Positions 6,529 to 12,612 of a DNA stretch of 33,514 bases are shown here, one piece after another. The DNA lies in IMG/VR virus record IMGVR_UViG_3300009502_000019; one strand, 5' to 3'. The first letter of the stretch is position 1. Every line of letters starts with the position of its first letter. A program made the translations under genes and the position numbers. The DNA comes from a virus (taxonomy: Duplodnaviria > Heunggongvirae > Uroviricota > Caudoviricetes). Below the pieces are notes generated by a model. The model was not told where the DNA came from. It saw only the letters and a list, made by a program, of their open reading frames with translations, and did not search any database.

Positions 6529-6813
6529 ATTTGAGAACTATAACCCGGGTTCTGTAGTTACCTTTCAGTAACTGCTAATCATCTGTCTAAGCTCCAAACC
6601 CGCTACTATTGACTGAGTAAGTCAGTAGCCTATTTTGGATTGCATCATGCAAGGATTGCCAACGTTTCACTCCCACTAAAGGGTTTCGTCACTGTGGCTC
6701 TATACTCTCAGTCTTTCAACTGGTCAAAGTTATTAGCTTTGATGCACTACTCTTGATGCCCGGAGTTTCCTCGAATATCCATTGCAGATACCCGCGATTA
6801 GCCGTTCTCAAAT
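6529..6813 (-). ncRNA. rnpB: RNase P RNA (compact bacterial-type)
   Basis: P1 ATTTGAGAAC/GTTCTCAAAT; P4 strands GAGGAAACTCCGGGC (6772-6758) and ACAGAACCCGGGTTA (6555-6541) with a compensatory C-G; GCCACAG, GTGAAAC, GGCAATCC, CAAAATAGG and AGACAGATGAT conserved blocks in the right order. Confidence 0.9.
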
Positions 6814-7490
6814 TTTACTTTAATGCATCCACAATTAAACATCCTACCTCGTATCCATCCTTCTTTCGTATAACCTTGAAGTGCGTCTTCTGTAACAAGT
6901 TTAGATTGGTGTAGTTTTACATTTGAAATCCACTTCTTACCCTTCCAGCTGTTCCGATTTTTTCCGTTAGTACAACCCCCCGATCCTGGAAAAAACTTTC
7001 TACCTCTTATCCAACCATTATTGATATAGTCTGAAAACTCTTCTTTATTAGCCCATCTAGATTGTTTTAATTGTAAGTTAGATATCCACTTGTGCTCTGC
7101 CGTTCGTCCAACTTTTCCAAACATTCCATTCTTTTTACCCGCATGATTTCCATGACTAGCACTTTCTTTCATCTTCTTTCTAGTTTCTTCTGAAGCTTTC
7201 CAACCAGGACAACCGTCTCCGCCATCAGCTAGGTTATATACGTTATCTTTTCCAATGTAATTTCTGCACTCAGCGACATACTTTATTTCTAGCATGTCTA
7301 ATGTAATTTTATCATTAGCATACTCTATTGCTTTTACACGAAAATTATGTTTACCGTACTTTTTGATGGCTTGCTTTAAGTAAGATCCACTACCAAAATA
7401 TTTAGGATTAAACTTACCTTTCTTTTGACCAACATACAGTTTACCATTGACCAAGTTAGTAGTCAGATAAACATATCCGTACATGTTCAT
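6798..7490 (-). CDS. GIY-YIG homing endonuclease
   Basis: Likely start MNMYGYVYLTTNLVNGKLYVGQ (GGAG SD); YFGSG, YNL..GG, SEETRKKM; two C-terminal KWISN...GWIRGR repeats. Confidence 0.88.
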   Translation of the reverse strand: MNMYGYVYLTTNLVNGKLYVGQKKGKFNPKYFGSGSYLKQAIKKYGKHNFRVKAIEYANDKITLDMLEIKYVAECRNYIGKDNVYNLADGGDGCPGWKASEETRKKMKESASHGNHAGKKNGMFGKVGRTAEHKWISNLQLKQSRWANKEEFSDYINNGWIRGRKFFPGSGGCTNGKNRNSWKGKKWISNVKLHQSKLVTEDALQGYTKEGWIRGRMFNCGCIKVKFENG

Positions 7491-7500
7491 AGCACACTCC

Positions 7501-7527
7501 AAAAAAAGAAGGGCACCTTTCGGGTGC
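7501..7527 (-). terminator. Intrinsic terminator-like hairpin in leader of GIY-YIG gene
   Basis: GCACC-CGAAA-GGTGC followed by CCTTCTTTTTTT. Confidence 0.5.
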
Positions 7528-7612
7528 TTGTAGGATATCCGGTTATGGCTATCCAACCCTACGGGTGCCCTAAAAATAGGCATAAAAATACCGAAGTCCT
7601 ACAAGCAACTGC

Positions 7613-7641
7613 ATTATACCGCGTTTTGGAGCAAAAGTCAA
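7613..7641 (-). promoter_or_regulatory. sigma70-type promoter P2
   Basis: TTGACT-17 bp-TATAAT. Confidence 0.85.
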
Positions 7642-7660
7642 GAACTATTTCAAATTAAAT

Positions 7661-7734
7661 TGGCGGTCCATGGGAGAATTAAACTCCCGCTTTAAGCGTG
7701 ACAAGCTTACGTGCTATCACTACACCAATGAACC
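7661..7734 (-). tRNA. trnD: tRNA-Asp(GTC)
   Basis: GGTTCAT/ATGGACC, loop TT-GTC-AC, T-loop TTTAATT, G73-CCA. Confidence 0.9.
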
Positions 7735-7748
7735 ATTTTCAAAGAACA
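7735..7748 (-). promoter_or_regulatory. boxA antitermination element
   Basis: TGTTCTTTGAAAAT, matching the rrn-type boxA seen in many bacterial rRNA leaders/spacers. Confidence 0.65.
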
Positions 7749-7821
7749 GGTAGCGCATAACGGTACTGCCCCGATGTCTCCTGGCTGAGAACCAGACGTC
7801 CTTCTTTTAGACGAATGCGCC
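7748..7821 (-). tRNA. trnE: tRNA-Glu(CTC), genomic 3' end CCT
   Basis: GGCGCAT/ATGCGCT, loop TT-CTC-AG, T-loop GGCAGTA. Confidence 0.88.
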
Positions 7822-7828
7822 ATACAAC

Positions 7829-7943
7829 GTGAGCGAGAGGTATTCTATAACTGGCGTGCTGCTGTTACACTAAACGGCCGAGGCCGCTGCGGAGTTGAAC
7901 CGCTCCTCCAGTTCCATGAGTGTTAGGAACCTCTTATGCCCAC
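7829..7943 (-). ncRNA. YrlA-like Y RNA (circularly permuted tRNA mimic)
   Basis: Order T-arm (GCGG-TTCAACT-CCGC), loop-closed acceptor-like stem (AGCGGC-CTCG-GCCGTT), D-arm (GTGT-AACAGCA-GCAC); closed by AACTGG/CCAGTT and terminal helices GTGGGC/GCTCAC, AGAGGT/ACCTCT with a bulged-C segment GGTTCCTA/TAGAATACC. Confidence 0.78.
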
Positions 7944-8017
7944 TGGTAGGGGTAGACGGTACTGACCCGTCGTTTCCTGGGTGAAAACCAGGTGACCTGC
8001 CTTTAGTCGATACCCCC
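7944..8017 (-). tRNA. trnE: tRNA-Glu(TTC)
   Basis: GGGGGTA/TACCCCT, loop TT-TTC-AC, T-loop GTCAGTA, CCA. Confidence 0.9.
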
Positions 8018-8021
8018 GTAT

Positions 8022-8126
8022 AAAAACAAAAAGACCGATCCTGTCTAACCGAGCCCGAGAACCGTTGTTTCTGGTCGCTTCGGGTTTGGTTAGATATTAT
8101 CGGTCTTATAACTACCCGAAGCGACC
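8022..8126 (-). terminator. Attenuator candidate: mutually exclusive terminator / antiterminator
   Basis: Terminator base AAGACCGAT(8107-8099)/ATCGGTCTT(8039-8031) plus TTTGTTTTT; competing 13-bp GGTCGCTTCGGGT(8126-8114)/ACCCGAAGCGACC(8085-8073). Confidence 0.6.
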
Positions 8127-8227
8127 TGTGAGCGTGTGCCCACGAGACAAAAGGATGGCGTCGCCCACAAGGGCATACGCCCTTGCCTGGCCAGCAATCC
8201 TAATATGCGTTCGTGTTTTAGCTTCAC
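8090..8227 (-). CDS. 45-aa putative leader peptide
   Basis: GGAG SD + GTG; MKLKHERILGLLARQGRMPLWATPSFCLVGTRSQVASGSYKTDNI*, ending inside the attenuator hairpins. Confidence 0.5.
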   Translation of the reverse strand: MKLKHERILGLLARQGRMPLWATPSFCLVGTRSQVASGSYKTDNI

Positions 8228-8282
8228 CTGTTGCTCCGTGTAGTGGAAATCTAAATTGTACTCTTTTTAACTTTGAGGCACT

Positions 8283-8311
8283 AGCCTAGCACAAAAAGCC
8301 CTGTGTGTCAA
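8283..8311 (-). promoter_or_regulatory. sigma70-type promoter P1 heading the tRNA array
   Basis: TTGACA-17 bp-TAGGCT; shares upstream AAATAGTTCTTGAC with P2. Confidence 0.75.
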
Positions 8312-8324
8312 GAACTATTTTAAA

Positions 8325-9275
8325 CTATTTTTTGATGCTCCGGATGATATCTAGGAGCTGACCTGTCCGCACGTCATTAGAGTGATGCTTACGTATATGG
8401 GCCATCCCATTAGCTGCAATGCCCCTAGCGAACTCTCTATCAGCTAATATCTTAGCCGCTAAGCTAACAAGATCCGACTGGTCCTTCTTAAACTTTACGC
8501 ACGTGCCATCTGGAAAAATCTCATCAATACCTGAGAACATGTCAGTGAGTAGAACTGCTCCTGATGACATTATCTCAAATGTCTTCGCAGCGGTTATATC
8601 ATAAATCGAGCTGCATGACAAGAACGCGATGTTTTTCTTTAGAACATTTATGTACCCCTCATCCACGATCATCCTGTAGTTAACGATGTAATCATAATTC
8701 GATAACGTCTGAATAGCCCTGTTTCTGTCCGGGTATGCTGTGTTAACAGAGCTGCCAACAAATGCTATTTTGTTAACTCTGTCGATCGATACTGGTGCAA
8801 ACACTTCGGTATCTACGGAGAATGGAAGCCACGCGTTTGGTACTTTTCCTTTGCGAAGGAACTGTGAGTGGTGACGCTGCAGCAGCAGATCAAACCCCTT
8901 CTCCTTATACCAGTCGTCGTTCTTTTCGTAGTGGTAGTCTTCCTCTATCATTATCTTCGGTTCTTTGATCTCTTCGAATCCGCTTGGTATCCAACAGTTC
9001 TTTTGAACACCGGTGTGTGGCGAATAAGACTCAAACATGCGGCTCTTTGTGTTGCATATGACTGCGTCATACGGAAACATGGCTTTTAAGTCGTACATGG
9101 TAATCTTACTGTCGTACGGGATCGTAGCTACGTCAGCGTACCCCTTCTCAAGGTCCATCCCGTATGCAAGCAGCTTTACTCCAGGGTACTTAGCGATGGT
9201 ACGTGCGTACTCCATGTGAAACCACTTGTCGAAGTTGTATTCGGGTATGTACTTATAGAACCAAAGTATGTTCAT
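8325..9275 (-). CDS. Glycosyltransferase, CgeB/Glyco_trans_1_2-like
   Basis: GT-B C-terminal AKTFEIMSSGAVLLTD...IRKHHSNDVR; paralogue of 14776..15756. Confidence 0.75.
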   Translation of the reverse strand: MNILWFYKYIPEYNFDKWFHMEYARTIAKYPGVKLLAYGMDLEKGYADVATIPYDSKITMYDLKAMFPYDAVICNTKSRMFESYSPHTGVQKNCWIPSGFEEIKEPKIMIEEDYHYEKNDDWYKEKGFDLLLQRHHSQFLRKGKVPNAWLPFSVDTEVFAPVSIDRVNKIAFVGSSVNTAYPDRNRAIQTLSNYDYIVNYRMIVDEGYINVLKKNIAFLSCSSIYDITAAKTFEIMSSGAVLLTDMFSGIDEIFPDGTCVKFKKDQSDLVSLAAKILADREFARGIAANGMAHIRKHHSNDVRTGQLLDIIRSIKK

Positions 9276-10153
9276 CGAAATGTCCCAAAGATGGCTTTGT
9301 GTACTTTCGGCCAGACCTGAACTTCATTTAGAAGGATGTGCCTGGCTTCTGACAGTTCTGGCAGGTGCTCTTCATAGAACCTGCTGTTTATGATATTTCT
9401 TACGTCGTCCCCGTGCCCGTTGATGTCGAGGTACTTAAACGAGGTAGCCGGTAGAACTTTGTGGACTCCGCGCCCTCCCCAGTAGATCGGCATAGCCCAG
9501 AGAAGCATGCAGTCAAGGATCCTCTCTGAGAAGTAGTGCTCGCCAACATTGTCAAACTCAAGCATGTATTTGTACTGCTCATACACAGGCTCTTTTCCGG
9601 ACCAGTAGTCTCCGGCATGCTGCACTGAGTACTGCCCGCAGGCCCCTTTGTAATGTGAAACAAGACTTCCGAATGGCCGTATTCGTCCGTAGATGTCTAG
9701 AATACCCGGGTTCTGTGAGCACATACGCTCCAAGAACTCTCTCCTGACTCTGTGGCTGTCGTCGCTAGAAGAGTTGCTTACGATCGTACCAAGTAGCTTC
9801 GTCTTTGGCATTGGCTGCAATTTAGACAGGTAATCGTAATCATAGGTAATCCACCACTCCAAAAACCCTAACGTATGTTTACAATCAAACTTTGCTAAGG
9901 CATTAAACCCATCCATGTCTTGGTAGTACTTGAGCGTCTCCGGGTGTGCTCCGAGAAACACACACTTGTTCTCCGGAATGTGGCTGTAGTCTGACGTTAG
10001 CTTGTCAATTACGGCGTAGCAGTCCGCTTCATCCAGATTACCCGTTCCAACAAGGTTCCCCCAGACGCCTGAGCGCCCGGGGGTCATCTTGCGAAAGGTA
10101 TCCAGGAGCTTTTGGGGCTGTTCACTGTTACCTATGAACGCCAGTTTTTTCAT
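9272..10153 (-). CDS. GT10 (alpha-1,3-fucosyltransferase)-like glycosyltransferase
   Basis: YKYMLEFDN...YFSERILD...AMPIYWG resembles the GT10 nucleotide-sugar motif. Confidence 0.7.
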   Translation of the reverse strand: MKKLAFIGNSEQPQKLLDTFRKMTPGRSGVWGNLVGTGNLDEADCYAVIDKLTSDYSHIPENKCVFLGAHPETLKYYQDMDGFNALAKFDCKHTLGFLEWWITYDYDYLSKLQPMPKTKLLGTIVSNSSSDDSHRVRREFLERMCSQNPGILDIYGRIRPFGSLVSHYKGACGQYSVQHAGDYWSGKEPVYEQYKYMLEFDNVGEHYFSERILDCMLLWAMPIYWGGRGVHKVLPATSFKYLDINGHGDDVRNIINSRFYEEHLPELSEARHILLNEVQVWPKVHKAIFGTFR

Positions 10154-10818
10154 GGGTTTTCCAGTTTTAGAAGTTTTCTGAAATACTTGTCCATAACCAA
10201 AAGTATTTTTACTTTTGGGTACAGTTTTTTAAATAGTTCGAACTTTTCCTTATCCGGTCCCCTCCAAAATCCTTTAAATTCTATATATGTACACATCATC
10301 GGAGTGTAAAAATCTGGGGTGTAGGTACTATCTCCCAAGTCAAATACCTTCGGTTCGTATTCCCATACTACCTTTTTACGGTCTAAGTATTCAGCAAAAG
10401 CTGCTTCTCGTTTTGATCGAAACCGTACTCCATTGTAGAATATACGCTTTCCGTGGTGAGCTATTTTACCAAACATGGGGTTGTTTTTTCCAGACATCCG
10501 TAGACTTTGGCTAGGATTTGGAACCCCAGCTCGACAGCATTTTCTACACTTTGAATACTTAACCTTCCCTTTTCTAAAAGCATACTTGCTTAAAAGAACA
10601 CCACATCCAGTGCAATGGACTTTTGGGTTCTTTCGTAGCAAGTACATATGATACCTGCAATGTTTTGCAATTTTGCTTTTTAAAGAGTCTCCGCAGACCC
10701 TACACTTTTTATGAATAGATTTTTTATACCCAGGGTGGTTCTTGCCAACATATAGACCGTTCTTCGCACTACAGATACAACAAGAACAGCCCTTCTTATG
10801 CGGATTTGAATTACCCAT
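10150..10818 (-). CDS. Free-standing PD-(D/E)xK endonuclease with Cys-rich/NUMOD N-terminus
   Basis: Likely start MGNSNPHKK (coupled to licD stop); FRSKREAAFAEYLD...WEYEP...YTPDFY..IEFKG. Confidence 0.75.
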   Translation of the reverse strand: MGNSNPHKKGCSCCICSAKNGLYVGKNHPGYKKSIHKKCRVCGDSLKSKIAKHCRYHMYLLRKNPKVHCTGCGVLLSKYAFRKGKVKYSKCRKCCRAGVPNPSQSLRMSGKNNPMFGKIAHHGKRIFYNGVRFRSKREAAFAEYLDRKKVVWEYEPKVFDLGDSTYTPDFYTPMMCTYIEFKGFWRGPDKEKFELFKKLYPKVKILLVMDKYFRKLLKLENP

Positions 10819-11425
10819 TGTTAATATTGTACTTTTTATTCTTATTAGGAGTACGCCAGTTTTTGTCATACATAAGTTCAAGCCACTCCTCGATGTGGTT
10901 CGGGATCTTGAACGTGACACCCCGGAATACGAAGTCTTGAAGCTCATCGTAGTACCTCGCCGGGTGCTTCAGCTGATACCCGCAACGCGGCTTATCATAG
11001 ACGTAATAGTCACCTTCCTTCTCAAACCACCATCCCTCGATCTTCTCCCCGTTACGAATGAAATTCGTGTCGTAATAAGGGGCGTTGTCGTTTGTGATCG
11101 GCTTTGTTGGATCCCCCTCGGTGACGATGTACCCGGCAGCCCGCATTTCGTCGATAACGGGGTAGATACGTGTCCTTTGTGAGAAGTCGAGAGCAATGTC
11201 CACGTCATCGTCCCAGGCGATGAAATTCTGGTCCCGGTAGGCGCCAAGCATCGTTCCGTGCGACAGCCAATGCTTGATTCCGTGCTTGGTCAAGCAGGCG
11301 CTGACCTCGCAAAGGTTGTTAAACAGAGCATCCCTATCGATAGGGCGGGTACGGCCCCCTGCCTGACCTCGTTCCCATATCGGTAAATGTTTGCTCCAAA
11401 TATCTAAATTGGGGTTCAGATCCAT
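10811..11425 (-). CDS. licD: LicD-family nucleotidyl/phosphotransferase
   Basis: WLSHGTMLGAYRDQNFIAWDDDVDI motif. Confidence 0.85.
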   Translation of the reverse strand: MDLNPNLDIWSKHLPIWERGQAGGRTRPIDRDALFNNLCEVSACLTKHGIKHWLSHGTMLGAYRDQNFIAWDDDVDIALDFSQRTRIYPVIDEMRAAGYIVTEGDPTKPITNDNAPYYDTNFIRNGEKIEGWWFEKEGDYYVYDKPRCGYQLKHPARYYDELQDFVFRGVTFKIPNHIEEWLELMYDKNWRTPNKNKKYNINNG

Positions 11426-11964
11426 TACGCGCCTCGCTTCCTTTCTGAGAAAACTACACCTTCCAGTTCAAGCACCGACACGTTCAATCCCTCGCAGATA
11501 TCGCGTACGTGCTGAACACACTTGAAGAACTCATCGTTGTCCTTCTTAACGTTTAGATACAAGTCTTCCTTGTCGAGCATGAGCATCTTTATACCACAAT
11601 CATAGATGATTTCACCAAGCCTTTTGATGCCCATTTTGGTCTCGATCTTGGGAACGAACTGCACGGTGGGCGGGAGCTTCGCCTGGATCTCCTTCACAAT
11701 GCTGACCTTCTCGATGTTCGATACCGCGAAGTACTTTACGTTCTTCCACTTCGCACATAGGTCGTAGGCTGTTTCCATAGCAATAACAGGGGTCGGGGGC
11801 TTTGTCCTGCCCTGGGGGTAGTCAAGAAAGACATCCTTGTCCTCGTTAGTCTTTAGAATCTGCTCCAGTTCCTCGACAGTATTAACCCAAGCCATGTTGA
11901 TACGAATGACAGAGTCGTTTGGAAGTGCCATGTATTTCTGTAGGTTATTTGATACGATTATCAT
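11425..11964 (-). CDS. Minimal pyruvate-kinase-barrel / HpcH-like protein
   Basis: IRINMAW, FLDYPQGRTK, FVPKIET, LMLDKEDL align by eye to PK barrel motifs (RLNFSH, LDTKGP, KIE, MVARGDL); no B/C domains. Confidence 0.55.
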   Translation of the reverse strand: MIIVSNNLQKYMALPNDSVIRINMAWVNTVEELEQILKTNEDKDVFLDYPQGRTKPPTPVIAMETAYDLCAKWKNVKYFAVSNIEKVSIVKEIQAKLPPTVQFVPKIETKMGIKRLGEIIYDCGIKMLMLDKEDLYLNVKKDNDEFFKCVQHVRDICEGLNVSVLELEGVVFSERKRGA

Positions 11965-12220
11965 TTTTCTTTACCCTTATGTAGAGAGTTATGTAAAAGA
12001 CAGTTGTTAAAATTGCGATCACGTACTTTATTACGAGAGGGTTTTGCCGGATGAGGATGGCATACCAAAGGGCGATTACGTTGCCGACCAGGTACATAAC
12101 GTACAGGAGTAGACTCACGCCATCGACGCACTTGGTTTTCACCGTCTTTATGATCTGAGGCACAATCACCACAGAGAATATTACAGTTGCCGTCCATCCA
12201 AGAATATCAGGTAGGCTCAT
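11945..12220 (-). CDS. PQ-loop (SemiSWEET-like) membrane protein
   Basis: Three hydrophobic helices, PQIIKTVKTKCVDGVS. Confidence 0.8.
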   Translation of the reverse strand: MSLPDILGWTATVIFSVVIVPQIIKTVKTKCVDGVSLLLYVMYLVGNVIALWYAILIRQNPLVIKYVIAILTTVFYITLYIRVKKNDNRIK

Positions 12221-12611
12221 TTTTTATCCGCTCAATTATTTTAGATGTTGATGTGCCGTCATACCTGGACAAGTTTAGGCGCTTTGATTCCGGTATTTCA
12301 TAAAGATTTGCTATGTGATGCTGGTCTTCTCCGACTACGATCAGGTCGCACGTATCGAGAATGTCTTTAGGTATGCGAAACTCGTCCACTCCAACGGTCT
12401 CTCGGACACATCCGAGAGCGCTTATGATAGCCATGCGTTCGTCAAAAGGAACTATGGGACGCGATGGCCCTTTCTGGCGCTTTACGGCTTCATCAGTAAC
12501 AACTCCGACAATAAGCCACCCTTCTCCGCTCCCCTGGTAGGCATTATACAGTAGGTTCAAGTGGCCGAAGTGGAACAGATCCCATACCCCCAAGCAAAAT
12601 ACTTTTTTCAT
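12207..12611 (-). CDS. HxGH cytidylyltransferase (TagD/RfaE-II-like)
   Basis: GVWDLFHFGHLNLL, KGPSRPIVPFDER, GTSTSKII. Confidence 0.88.
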   Translation of the reverse strand: MKKVFCLGVWDLFHFGHLNLLYNAYQGSGEGWLIVGVVTDEAVKRQKGPSRPIVPFDERMAIISALGCVRETVGVDEFRIPKDILDTCDLIVVGEDQHHIANLYEIPESKRLNLSRYDGTSTSKIIERIKNEPT

Positions 12612-12612
12612 G

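Noticed and set aside
1580-7490. Group I introns housing the endonucleases
   Set aside because: Every flanking tRNA and rnpB is intact and no intron core was seen; the nucleases look free-standing.
7829-7943. Two-piece tmRNA or spliced permuted tRNA
   Set aside because: No CCA or intervening segment at the acceptor, no tag reading frame or pseudoknots, no bulge-helix-bulge; the terminal bulged helix fits a Y RNA better.
200-8311. GOLLD/ROOL-type giant ncRNA often found near tRNA arrays
   Set aside because: No unassigned gap of several hundred nucleotides remains after annotation.
11425-11964. PEP mutase (phosphonate pathway), suggested by the LicD and cytidylyltransferase context
   Set aside because: Lacks the isocitrate-lyase-family EDK..PK.NS signature; motifs align better with a pyruvate kinase barrel.
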